DNA of 64,000 nucleotides from an uncultured Planctomycetaceae bacterium (GCA_963785305.1 CAWAUV010000007.1:352001-416000); one strand, 5' to 3'; counted from the stretch's first letter, positions 1-10,007 are shown. The notes: generated from the letters alone by a model not told the origin. Translations and numbers: made by a program.

Positions 1-1548
1 GCTGGCCGACGCCACCGACGAACCCGCCCTGCAAAGCCAACTGCTCCGAGCCAGCTACGCCCTCGAGCGGCGCCTGCCGCTTTGGCGCTTGGCGGTGAGC
101 GGCGCGGCCCGAACCAGGCCCGCCAACTCTTGGCCCAAGTCGAAACCTTCGAACGCAGCGCGCTCCCCAGCGACGCGCGAACGCTCGCCGCCGCGATCCG
201 TGAGTTGGCCGGTTCGCCAAGTGAAGCCGAGCGCAATCTCGCCCTTTCGCTCAACGAACACTACTCCAACGCCAACTTCCGCCTCGCCGTGTCGGCCGCG
301 TTTATCAATCGTCTCCTGCCGCATCCCGAACCCATGCAATTGCCAATTGCCGAAACCCTGGCCGGTGCGCCCGTTCGCGGGCAAGGCGCCGCCTGGACCG
401 AATTGCATGTGGTGCTGGTGCCCGACGCCCACCGCATTCGCCTGGGCCTCGAAGCCGATGGCGTGGTGCGGTCCGACACGATCAGCGCCGTTGGCCCCGC
501 CAAGTTTCGCAATGCCGCGAATGCCCGGTTTCGCATTCAAAAACTGTTCGTCATGGGCCCGTGGGGATTGCATGTGTGGCCGGCGATCGCCGAAGCGCAT
601 AGCTCGCCCGCGAGCCTCGTGGGGCTCGAAACCGATTATGATCGAATTCCGATCTTGAACTATGTGGTTCGCGGCGTGGCGCGGTCGAAACACGAAGACG
701 CCGCCCAAAACGCGGTGGGCGAGGCCGACTTCAAACTCGCCAATCGAGTGCGCGACCAGTTCGACACCGAAACCGGCCGCCGCGTCGCCCAGTCGCAAGC
801 CGCCTTTTCCAAGCAGATCGGCGCCTCGCTCGATCGGTTGCATTTGGAAGCCACGCCGGTTTCGTTCGCCACGAGCGACGACCGCGCGGCGATGCGCTAT
901 CGCCTGGCCGGCGCCCAGCAGCTTGGCGCCCACACTCCCCGCCCTCGGGCGCCTTCGGATAGTTTGCTGAGTGTGCAAGTCCACGAATCGGCGATCAACA
1001 ATCTCTTCGCCGCGCTCGGGCTCGAAGGTCGAAAGTTTACCTTGCCCGAACTCTTCGAAACCTTGCGCGAAAAGCTGGGCCGCGACGAGCTCCGGGCGCC
1101 CGACGATATTCGCGAGGAGGTCACGGTGACGTTTGCCGCGGAAAACGCGATCCGGGTTCAACTTCGCGACAACCGGCTCGAGCTGCGGCTCTCGATCGCG
1201 GAGCTGACCCACGGGCGCGGCCGCTGGCGCGACTTCACGGTGCGGGCCAAATACGCGCTCTGGCAATCGGGCCTCGAGGCGAGCCTGCAGCGCGAGAGCG
1301 GCATCTCGCTCGAGGGCGCGAGCATGCGTGGCAAGCCGGAGCTGGTGCTGCGGGGCATCTTCGGCCGCGCCCTTTCGCAGCGGCGGCACATCCCGCTGTC
1401 GTATGAAGGCATGGTCCACGACCCCCGCCTCTCGGACCTGGGCCTGACGCAGTTGACGATCGAAGACGGCTGGCTGGGCGTCGCCTACGGCCCCAAACCG
1501 CCCGATCGCGAAGCCCACCGGGCGAAGCCGGTGGTTGAGCAACGCTAG
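1..1548 (+). CDS. Conserved hypothetical protein, Planctomycete type (5' partial; probable indel near 90-100)
   Basis: ORF 82..1548 has protein-like composition and GC3-biased codons and ends in TAG; coding-like sequence continues to the window edge in another frame. Confidence 0.7.
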   Translation, partial: AGRRHRRTRPAKPTAPSQLRPRAAPAALALGGERRGPNQARQLLAQVETFERSALPSDARTLAAAIRELAGSPSEAERNLALSLNEHYSNANFRLAVSAAFINRLLPHPEPMQLPIAETLAGAPVRGQGAAWTELHVVLVPDAHRIRLGLEADGVVRSDTISAVGPAKFRNAANARFRIQKLFVMGPWGLHVWPAIAEAHSSPASLVGLETDYDRIPILNYVVRGVARSKHEDAAQNAVGEADFKLANRVRDQFDTETGRRVAQSQAAFSKQIGASLDRLHLEATPVSFATSDDRAAMRYRLAGAQQLGAHTPRPRAPSDSLLSVQVHESAINNLFAALGLEGRKFTLPELFETLREKLGRDELRAPDDIREEVTVTFAAENAIRVQLRDNRLELRLSIAELTHGRGRWRDFTVRAKYALWQSGLEASLQRESGISLEGASMRGKPELVLRGIFGRALSQRRHIPLSYEGMVHDPRLSDLGLTQLTIEDGWLGVAYGPKPPDREAHRAKPVVEQR

Positions 1549-1564
1549 ACACGGATTGCTCGCC

Positions 1565-1656
1565 GGCGCCATGCCCACGCTTTTCGTGGGCATGCGCTTT
1601 CGCGCGCCGCCGTCGCCCTCGTGGCAAGCATGCCCCCACGAGCCCGGGCACGGCGC
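1565..1656. repeat. REP-like palindrome doublet (CATGCCCACG-N5-CGTGGGCATG plus a degenerate second unit)
   Basis: Perfect 10-bp arms at 1570-1579/1585-1594; related doublet at 39879-39960. Confidence 0.75.
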
Positions 1657-1861
1657 GCCGATCGCGCGCATTTCCTTGCAGCCGCCCTCGCCAAAGCGCA
1701 TAATCGCGGGCACTGGGAAGCAAGGAAATCAGGTACTGTAGCGGGTCTGCCCAAGGCTTTCGCGCTCGCCGCGACGATGATGGACGCGTTTAGGGCGCGG
1801 GTGGTTTTCCCCGCGCTCGGCGCGACTCCCGACGATGTGTCAAGAACCAGGAGTAACGGTC

Positions 1862-2792
1862 ATGAAGCGTTTCGTTTGGTTGCCGATTCTGCTTTGTTCA
1901 CCGCTTTGCTTCGCGGCCGAGCCGGTTCGGCGCCCTTCCATCGAGCAGCGACTAGGCGCCACGAAGCGAGTCGAATCGGTTTTCGGCGACCAGATCGAAA
2001 AGGCAAAGCAGCCGGACGCACTCCTGGCCCTCTCGGGAGACATGACAAAAGCCGCCGAGAGCGAACGCGATCCGGCGATCAAGTTCGTCATGCTTTCCCG
2101 CGCGCGCGTTAGCGATCAGCGCCAGCGACATGTCCCAAGCCCTCGTGCTGACACGTTCGCTCGCGCAATCGTTCGCGGCGCCGCCGGACCTCACGGAAAA
2201 GGACTTTCTCGCCAAGGGCGAAGAGGCGTGGTCGCACGCGAAGACGCAAGCGGAAAAGCTCGACGCGGCGGAATGGTATCTGCGCGTCGAGCCGACCGCG
2301 ACCGGGCTTGAGAAGCTGTCGATCGAGAAGCGGCTTGGAGAATTTGAATCGCTCGCCGACGACGAAATTTGGCTTTTCGATTTGCCGATCATCGAGGTAT
2401 CGTCGGCAGATAGTGATGATCCGGCTCGGACAACGAGGCCATTTACCATCAAGGGCGCGACATATAAGCATGGGCGAGTGGCGACGCCACCGGCGAATTC
2501 ACGATCGCGGATCGTGATCTCAGTCCCACACGGCATGAAATCCATCAAGGGATCGATAGCCGTGCTGGAAGTGAATGGACGCCCAGACACTCCCATGACG
2601 TTTATCATAATTGGCGATGGTAAGCAGATATGGAAATCGAAGCCGCTGCGAGACAGCGGATCGATATCGCCATTCTCCGCGTCGATCTCTGGGCGCAAGA
2701 AACTAGAATTGATCGTCGATTGCCCCGGGCGGAGTTGGTTTTGCCAAGCCGCATGGGCCGACGTGAAGCTAAGCGGCGCATCGCAACGGTGA
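1862..2792 (+). CDS. Secreted NPCBM/NEW2-domain protein (frameshift near 2110)
   Basis: Signal peptide MKRFVWLPILLCSPLCFA after AGGAG; C-terminal ...YKHG...FIIIGDGKQIWKSKPL...KKLELIVDCPG...AAWAD is NPCBM-like; split between ORFs 1835 and 2130. Confidence 0.7.
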
Positions 2793-2906
2793 GCGAACGC
2801 AAATCGCGACGCGATTCTAGCGACCGCCAACAATACCGCGGCAAGAGTAAACTATCGGGATAGTCGACTGCTCCCGGCGCCAGCGCCACCGCGCACCTCG
2901 CGAAAA

Positions 2907-2960
2907 CACAAGCCTGAAGCGCGAGCGAAGGAGTTCTTTCGCTCGCGCTTCAAGCTTGTG
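2907..2960. repeat. REP-like inverted repeat with 23-bp arms
   Basis: CACAAGCCTGAAGCGCGAGCGAA (2907-2929) versus TTCGCTCGCGCTTCAAGCTTGTG (2938-2960), 22/23 match; related half-unit at 3007-3030. Confidence 0.8.
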
Positions 2961-3375
2961 CGTTTCCATGACATTCCAACCGCCGAAAACCCCGCCCCGC
3001 CTCCGTCACAACCCGACGCGTCAGCGAGGGCTCCGGCTTCGCGCTCCCGCAATCGGCGATTTAGCTAAAGCCGATCGGCTGCCATTCTCCCGCCCTGGCT
3101 CACAAACAATGCTAGGAAATCATCGCCCTCCGCGCGCATAATCCGCGGCGTTGTCGATTCGAGGCGAAAGCCGGCGAGAGCCAAATGCGGGGCGGGGGCG
3201 AAGCAAGAACTTCATCTCCATCTTGCAAGCGGGGCAAAGGCGCGGGGTTGTTCTTGGCCTTCATTCAGCGCGCGGCCGGTTTTCTAGAAGCCTGTTGAAA
3301 AATGCCATCGTGGCATTTTTCAACCTCGCCAAGCGCCGAGCAAAGCTCGTCGCGGCTCGCAAAACAACGACTTAG

Positions 3376-4838
3376 TTCAAGTTTCGCGTTTTTTGCTAGC
3401 GGACCCCGACCGTAGCGGGGATTGAAAAACAGGGTGAGCCTCCCTCACGATGCAGGTGTTGTTCAAGCACTGCTTCGCTCGGGAGGCTCACATGAATCTT
3501 GTTAGCTCGTTTGCGGTTTTGTTGCAAGAGTTGGCTGTCGTCATGACCGAGCCGACGTTCCAGAATTTTGTGGTCCTCGCCACGGGCTGGGTGTTCGCGC
3601 CGCGGCGCACCGTGACGAATCTGCTGCTGGCGGCCGGCGTGTCTGGCCAGCGGCATCATTCCGCGTTTCATCGTTTTTTCTCGGAAGCCAACTGGTCTCG
3701 CGATGCGTTGGGGCTGGCTGTCTTTCGACTGATCGAGTCGTTGTGTGGCGAAGGCGTGCTGCTCGCGCTCGACGACACATTGGCCCGCAAGCGTGGACTG
3801 AAAATGTTCGGGACCGGGATGCATCACGATCCGCTGCTCTCCAGCCGCAGCCATGTGGTGACCAATTGGGGGCACTGTTGGGTCGTGCTGTGCGTGGTGG
3901 TCCGCTTTCCCTTGTGGCCCGAGCGACCTTTCAGCCTGCCGATCTTGTTTCGCTTGTATCTGAACAAGAAACGGGCGGCGAAAGAACGTCGCGTCTATCG
4001 CAGCAAGCCCGAGTTGGCGGTGGAGTTGCTGCGAATTCTCTGCAAACACCGGGCGAATCGGCGATTTCATGTGGTGGCGGACTCCGCCTATGGCGGGCAG
4101 AGCGTGCTGGGCCAACTGCCGACCAACTGCGACTTGACCAGCCGCTTGCGGCTGGACGCTCGGTTGTTCGACGCGCCACAGGCGGCGCAGTCTGGACGGA
4201 AAGGACGCCCGCGCAAGCGTGGCGCCCAGCTTCCCACGCCCGAGCGAATGCTCGACGAGCGTGCCCGGCGAGTGGAGCTTCATATCTATGGCCGCCATGA
4301 GTCGGCCCGGCTGTGCGAAGCGGTGGGGCGCGTCTTCGCGTTGCCGGAGCGCGCGTTGCGGGTGGTGGCCGTGGAGGCGTTGGCCGGCGGTCGTGGTCGC
4401 GAAGCTTTTTACTCGACGCGCGTCGACGCCACGGCCGAGCAGGTGCTGACTTGGTATGCGATGCGGTGGAGCGTGGAAGTCACATTCCGCGAAAGCAAGC
4501 AGCACTTGGGCTTCGAAGAGCCGCAAGGTTGGACTCGCCAGGCCGTCGAGCGCACGGCGCCGATGGCGATGCTGCTGTATAGCTTGATCGTGTGCTGGTA
4601 CTGTCGGGAAGGTCATCGTCATTACCGTCAACTATTGCGGCCGTGGTACACGACCAAGACTCACGAATCATTCGCCGACATGTTGGCGACGCTACGTCGG
4701 TGTAGCCTGAAAGAATCCATTTCCGCGTGGGCGCCACAAGGACCAGGAAGTCGAAAAATCATCCAGTTGGTCGAGAATATCCTGGCAATCGCCGCATAAT
4801 ACCCGCGCCGCTTGCTAGCAAAAAACGCGAAACTTGAA
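3376..4838 (+). mobile_element. IS701-like insertion sequence, 1463 bp, perfect 25-bp TIRs, 5-bp target duplication CTTAG
   Basis: TTCAAGTTTCGCGTTTTTTGCTAGC (3376-3400) is the reverse complement of 4814-4838; CTTAG at 3371-3375 and 4839-4843. Confidence 0.92.
3492..4799 (+). CDS. IS701-like (DDE_5) transposase
   Basis: GGAGG RBS then ATG 3492; DDE motifs ALDDT, VVADSAYG, RWSVEVTFRESKQHLG; intact ORF between the TIRs. Confidence 0.92.
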   Translation: MNLVSSFAVLLQELAVVMTEPTFQNFVVLATGWVFAPRRTVTNLLLAAGVSGQRHHSAFHRFFSEANWSRDALGLAVFRLIESLCGEGVLLALDDTLARKRGLKMFGTGMHHDPLLSSRSHVVTNWGHCWVVLCVVVRFPLWPERPFSLPILFRLYLNKKRAAKERRVYRSKPELAVELLRILCKHRANRRFHVVADSAYGGQSVLGQLPTNCDLTSRLRLDARLFDAPQAAQSGRKGRPRKRGAQLPTPERMLDERARRVELHIYGRHESARLCEAVGRVFALPERALRVVAVEALAGGRGREAFYSTRVDATAEQVLTWYAMRWSVEVTFRESKQHLGFEEPQGWTRQAVERTAPMAMLLYSLIVCWYCREGHRHYRQLLRPWYTTKTHESFADMLATLRRCSLKESISAWAPQGPGSRKIIQLVENILAIAA

Positions 4839-5587
4839 CTTAGGTCGTTATTTTGACACCGCATCCATGCGGCGGCGCAGCCTGTTGAATATTTCAACAG
4901 GCTGCTAGGGGATCACATCCCCGAGCTTCGTCGCCGCCGGGCCTTGAACAAAAGGGCGCGAAAGCGACCGCGATCGATAGCCTTGCGGACACGAGCTCGC
5001 CTCCGGCGCTATTGTCGAGGGCGGTGGCGTTGACGCCGGAAGTCCAAAACCGCGCGGCCAGAGCGAACCAGACGTCAAGCTCGGGCAGCAAAACCTCGCA
5101 TCGCCCCTCGCAAGGCGCCGCGAGACTGCGAAACGTCGCGCGGCGAAAGTGATGGATTATCGTGAGGTTGCTTTTCAAAAAGCAAGCATCATGAAACATC
5201 CATCGCGAGGGCTGACCTGGCGTGGGGAGCTCCCAACACAATTGAGGGTCCGCATGCGTCCTCGTCGACTGGTTTTCCGCCCCGCGTTCTGCCGCGGCAT
5301 GTAATCGCGGTCGAGACCAACCCGAACCGCTTGGGCCTCGCGATCTTGCAAAAGATCACCCGACCCAACGGCTCACAACCGATCGAAAGGCAACAAACGA
5401 CCGGCGACTGATCTCGTCCCACCAGCGACGGGCCAGGCGTCAGTGTGTTACCGCAAGGCCAAGAGCCGCCGGTCGCCACACCCTTCGATCACAAACCGTC
5501 CAGCGGAGGTCGTTCCTTCGCTCGACAACAAAACCAACAAGAACCGGTCTCGACCGCTCGTCTCGGGCGGCTTCGACAAAACGTCCG

Positions 5588-5640
5588 ATCGGCGGCGTTC
5601 GGCGCTCCCCGTGCGCCCGACGCCGCCGATTCGTTTTTAT
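5588..5640 (+). terminator. Rho-independent terminator, possibly bidirectional
   Basis: GC-rich stem 5588-5605/5613-5630 followed by TCGTTTTTAT; AAAACG just upstream. Confidence 0.75.
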
Positions 5641-5729
5641 ATCGCCGCGAAACGATGCCGAATTCTTCCCCCTCTCCGGGAGAGAGCAGGGCGAGGGGAG
5701 AGGAACGGAAGAAGAAACAGGAAATAATC

Positions 5730-5821
5730 ACCAAGACGGACACGACGAGGAAAAGAAGAACGACGCGAAGCGGGCACGGGGGGAGGAAATTACCACGAAG
5801 GCACGACGAGGAAAAAAGAAG
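5730..5821. repeat. Degenerate purine-rich direct repeat (CACGACGAGGAAAA, two copies)
   Basis: ACCAAGACGGACACGACGAGGAAAAGAAG and ACCACGAAGGCACGACGAGGAAAAAAGAAG. Confidence 0.55.
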
Positions 5822-5835
5822 GGGCGTTTCCGTTC

Positions 5836-7747
5836 CTAATGCTCGATCTCGGCCCAGTATCTGTCGAAGTCGAAGTCGGGGCTGTTGTCCAGGTCGTGGC
5901 ATTTGCGGCACGAGTCGTCGGCCGTGGCCTTTTCTTGACGCACTAGCTTGCGCCACTCGTCTTTCAGAGCCATGTCGCTTCCCCGCTCCGCGGCAATGTG
6001 CGCGGCGCCGGGACCGTGGCAGTTTTCACACGATTGGCCGGCCAGCTCCGGAGTGTGCTGCATGCTGTCGTAGCCCGACACATAGGGAAAGAATTCCTGG
6101 GGGTTCCAGCCCGTCACATGGCAACTCACGCACTCGGGATCGAATTGCCGAGCCGGCTTGAGATCAATGAGGGTTTGCGTGGCATGCGCATGGCCGCTCT
6201 TGGTATAAACCTCCCAGGCCGATTCGTGACATTCCTTGCACTGTGCGCCGCCCACGAACTGCCCGGCCAGCGGATTGTCGGGCCGCGATTGGGGATGCCG
6301 CGCCGGTCGCAAGCCGAGCCCGGTCCAGCCGAGCGATTCGAGTTGCGACTGGTAGGTGGTCATCAGATTTTTCATTTGCGGCGAATCGGGGAACCGCGAG
6401 TCGAGGGCCACGCGCTGATAGCTCGCCGGCTGGCCCGCGTCGTGGAAACCGAGCACCACGGCATACATGGCTTTGTGGCCGACTTCGATCAAGCGCGTCT
6501 TGCCGTCGTTGACCAACTCCGCCTCGGCGGGCGGTTCGTCGCCACCGCCGGCCGACACCACGATGTCGAACGACGGAAACGCCTTGGCCAGTTCGCGGGC
6601 CTCTTCGATCGTGGCATTGGCCAAGAGAATCTTGATATCGGCCGGGGCCAGTTCCTTGATCGCGGCGGGGAGCGCAGACCTTGGCTGGAGTCATCAGCAC
6701 TTCGGAATTATTCACCTGCCGGCGAGCTTCATCGCCGAGCACGCTCGTAATGCCCAGTTTCAAGCCGCCGGCTTCGACCGTTCGTGTCTTGGGCACAAGT
6801 CCAAACAGATCGACATTGGCCGAGACGAAGATTCCCGCGCCCGGCTGATCGCTCGCCACCACGGCCGCGATCTCGCCGGCCGAGAGCCGCAAATCGCTTG
6901 GCCCGAAGCCGACCGCGGCATAGTGCATGGCGCAAAGCGCGTCGGCGGTGATGCCGAACTGGAGCTCGGCTTGCTTTCCGAAGCGGCGCACAATCGAGCC
7001 GACATCCACGGCCGCCAGCGGCCAGCCCTTGGCGGCGAGCTCGGCAAACAGGCTCTGCCGGCGACTCAGGCCGCCCTTCTGATTCTCGATGCCCGCGCAG
7101 CCGCATGGTTCGAGGTAGCCATCTTGCCGGCCGGTGACAACAAGCGCCAGCCGCGGCGGCTGCCAGCCCTCGAAGAACTTGCCGTTGACCTTGATCGGAT
7201 CGAACTTGGGCTTTTGTTGCACGAACGAGGGCTTGGCCCGCGCCGTGGCGCTTGTCGGAGATCGTGAATCGCTTGTTGGAGATTGCGAATCGATGGGCGG
7301 CGAGGGTTCCGAGGGCGGCGCGGTCGTGGGAGAAGCGCCTGCCGGCTCGGCGGCCATCTCGGGCAACGATGGCCCGGCGGCGCTGGAGTGGGCGGGGGTG
7401 GGCGTCGTGGGCGAGTATATTGGCGATGCGGCGATGGGAACGTCTCGGGCGTCGACCGTCTTGGCGGCGTCGGCCGGCGGGCTTGGCTTGGGCACGCTTG
7501 CCGACGAGGCGCTTTCGAAGGGGGCGCTCGCCGCCAGATCGGCCGGCTCGCGGCTCGGCGCCCCGTGCTCTCGCGCCCCGGCACTCTCATGCGCCGATCG
7601 CTCGGCCAAGGGGGCCGGCGGCTTCGCTTCGTCGCGGCAGCCCGGCGCGGAGAGCATAATCACCAGCGTCGCCATGGCGAGAAAAACGGCCGAGCGTGGC
7701 TGGCGAGAAGTCGTTGCGAGATTCCGAAGATTCATGGCCACATGCAC
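5836..7747 (-). CDS. Lipoprotein with a 5'-nucleotidase/UshA-like domain fused to a tetraheme (c554-like) cytochrome c domain; frameshift near 6680
   Basis: Lipobox-like LSAPGC; TGRQDGYLEPCGC...GGLSRR; four CxxCH motifs (CKECH, CVSCH, CENCH, CRKCH) in ORF 5836..6624. Confidence 0.85.
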
Positions 7748-7992
7748 CCAAAGTTGAAGCTCGAACTACCGCTCGGCGCAACACTGCCCCGAGCGCCACC
7801 CGCTGTGCGAAATCATTCGCAGATTCCGCCGATTGAGAAAAGCCCAAATCCCGGATTCCCAGGGGCGCCGGCGCGTGGGCGCGGCACAAGCGGAGGATCC
7901 GGTCCGGTCGAGCGCCCGGGGTTCCTCCCCATGGGGAAGCGCCCGGCGTCGGTTTCGCATCGGGGCGCGCTCGATCTCTTCGGCGCCGCGGG

Positions 7993-9162
7993 TCACCTCT
8001 CCAGCAAGAACTGCAAGAACATCTTCACTTGCGTGCCATCGGCGAGGCCGGTGTCGAGCACGAGCGAACCGAGCTTGCCCTGCACCGTGCCCAGGTGATT
8101 CGATTCGGGACTCTCCGGCGGAATAATCACCGTGACCGGCCAACGCATCACCGCGCCTTGTTGCACGGGCCGCGGCTCGCCGATCTCGACCTGGATCCAT
8201 TCGGGATTGCGCGAGCCGGCCGTGAGGCGAACTTCGTCGCGACGGGGTCCGCGGGCGAGCACGAATACTTCGCGCCGCAGTCCCGCGTGGCGCGAGGCGG
8301 CGCCCAGCGTGAGCACGCCGCGCTCGCGATCCCAACCGGCGCCCACGATCGAAAGATCGCTTTCCACGCTGCCTTGAATCGGCACATCGACCGCCGAGGT
8401 CTGGGGTTGGTTCGTCGTGATTCGCAGCTTCTGCCGCACCGCGCCCACCGGCAGGCCGGGCAACACCGTGACCTTGACCACGATGCCCGAGCGGGCCGCG
8501 GCCTTGGCGACTTCATCGTTGGCCAGCGGCGAGAATTCGGCCCGGAAATGCGCGGCCGAGGTCGGCTCCAAAAACTCGTGGGCGGTCACTTCGAGCGGCG
8601 TCGCGCCGAAGGCCAGCAAGTGCGTTTCGGCCACGCTCGGCTCGGTGGTCGAGACGCGCGTAAAGACCAAGTCGGGCGGCGAGGCATGCAGCGACGAGAT
8701 CACCTTGCCGCTTACACCGAGCGAAAGTCGCGGATGCGCCGGATCGTTGGTGAATATAATGGCCGACTGGCGAAACTGCCCGAGATCGTGGGCGCGATAC
8801 GAAACCGTGATCTGCTCGCTTTCACCGGGCGCGAGGGTTTCCTGGGGCAGGTCGCTGAGCGTGCATTTGCCGCAGGTGGTGCCGCCTTTTTCCAGCCGGA
8901 GCGGGCCGAGGCCGGTGTTCGTCAACTGAAAGAAGTGCTCGACCGATTGATCGGATTCGATATCGCCGAAATCGTGCGACTCCTCGGCGATCGTGGCCAC
9001 CGGTTGCGGCTCGCCGGGCTTGGGCGGCGTGGGGGTCGTGCTTGCCGCCGCGCCGGGCAGATATTCGGCCACGACGCCGCGATGAAAGCGAGCCCAGGCG
9101 ATGCCCAGGCCGAGCGCGCCGCCCAACACAATGCCTAGAACGACAATCCCAAAAGTTTTCAT
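7993..9162 (-). CDS. DUF1573 (Ig-like) domain membrane-anchored protein
   Basis: N-terminal TM; HDFGDI...HFFQLTNTGLGPLRL...TTCGKCT...LAPGES...TNDP. Confidence 0.85.
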   Translation of the reverse strand: MKTFGIVVLGIVLGGALGLGIAWARFHRGVVAEYLPGAAASTTPTPPKPGEPQPVATIAEESHDFGDIESDQSVEHFFQLTNTGLGPLRLEKGGTTCGKCTLSDLPQETLAPGESEQITVSYRAHDLGQFRQSAIIFTNDPAHPRLSLGVSGKVISSLHASPPDLVFTRVSTTEPSVAETHLLAFGATPLEVTAHEFLEPTSAAHFRAEFSPLANDEVAKAAARSGIVVKVTVLPGLPVGAVRQKLRITTNQPQTSAVDVPIQGSVESDLSIVGAGWDRERGVLTLGAASRHAGLRREVFVLARGPRRDEVRLTAGSRNPEWIQVEIGEPRPVQQGAVMRWPVTVIIPPESPESNHLGTVQGKLGSLVLDTGLADGTQVKMFLQFLLER

Positions 9163-9298
9163 GATCTTAAAATTTTAACCGGCGCCGCCGCGCCAAGACA
9201 ACGGGCGTAGCCGCCTGCTGGCCGCGCGATATATGATATTTGGGTTCGTTCGCATTCCATCCCCGCGGTGACTTCGCGCGAGACGGCGCCCCCAAACC

Positions 9299-10007
9299 AT
9301 GAGCAATCGAGTTCCTCCGCCCGCGAGCGGCTTGCTCTACAGCGGCGGGCTCGATAGCTCGATGCTTCTCGTGGACATGTTGGCCCAGGGACAGCGGGTT
9401 TATCCGATTTACATCCAGGCGGGGCTCATTTGGGAGGCGGCCGAGCTCGCCGCGGCGCGGCGCTTCTTGGAGTCCGCGGCCTCGTCGGGATTGGCGGAGC
9501 TCGTGGTGCTCGATTTGCCGCTCGGCGATCTTTATTCCGGGCACTGGAGCATCACCGGCAGCGCCACTCCCGGCGCCGAAAGCGGCGACGAAGAGGTTTT
9601 CCTGCTGGGTCGCAATCCGCTTTTGATGATCAAGGCGCGGCTCTGGTGTCAGACCCACGGGATCGGGCAGTTGGCGATCGGTTGCTTGGGCGGGAGTCCG
9701 TTTGCCGACGCGTCGCTGGATTTTCTCGCGGAGTTCGAGCGCGTGATGGATCGCGCGGCGCTGGGCCATGTGCGGCTCGTGCGCCCGCTCGAGTACAAGG
9801 CGCCGGCGCTGCGGGCCGCGCGGAGGCGCTCGGCTCGATCTCACCTTCTCATGCCTGAACCCGCGAGCGGAGTTGCACTGCGGAGCGTGCAACAAATGCG
9901 AGGAGCGGCGCCGAGCGTTTGCCGCCGCCGGCCTCGCCGACCCGACCAGCTACGCCGCCGAGGCAACGAACTCGGCCAACAGGGAGCATCGTAACGGAAT
10001 TCGCTAA
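9299..10007 (+). CDS. queC: 7-cyano-7-deazaguanine synthase (frameshift near 9800-9835)
   Basis: PP-loop SGGLDS; GRN; C-terminal TFSC...[15 protein letters not shown] in the alternative frame ending at 10007. Confidence 0.88.

Larger units (their letters stand above)
3284..4908. mobile_element. ~155-bp MITE-like element (ends CTAG(A/C)AGCCTGTTGAAA), interrupted by the IS701-like element
   Basis: Left end CTAGAAGCCTGTTGAAA (3284-3300) and right end TTTCAACAGGCTGCTAG (4892-4908) are inverted with one mismatch; internal palindromes; shorter relatives at 31227 and 38599. Confidence 0.75.
3130..5640 (+). ncRNA. Candidate large structured ncRNA (~0.85-0.9 kb), interrupted by the MITE+IS insertion 3288-4908
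   Basis: No credible ORF; GNRA hairpins at 3163-3172, 3173-3182, 4957-4966, 5342-5357, 5451-5458; cross-insertion helices 3184-3198/5274-5288 and 3143-3150/5290-5297; 12-bp helix 5307-5318/5546-5557; 3' terminator. Confidence 0.7.

Noticed and set aside
55..1713. Long antisense ORFs (e.g. 55-1713, 3396-4631, 21039-22655, 59121-60365)
   Set aside because: Shadow ORFs typical of high-GC genes, lying opposite better-supported coding frames.
3130..5640. Identification of the large RNA as RNase P RNA, tmRNA, rRNA or a group II intron
   Set aside because: I see no GAGGAAAGUCC / ACAGAACCCGGC P4 pair, no tRNA-like ends with CCA, no rRNA signature and no group II domain V. A covariance-model search is still needed.
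5730..5821. Possible CRISPR array
   Set aside because: Only two degenerate units and no cas genes; no CRISPR array was seen anywhere in the window.
4894..5956. ORFs 4894-5241, 5189-5479, 5445-6161 and 5489-5956
   Set aside because: No recognisable motifs and atypical composition; the region is better explained as structured RNA plus repeats.
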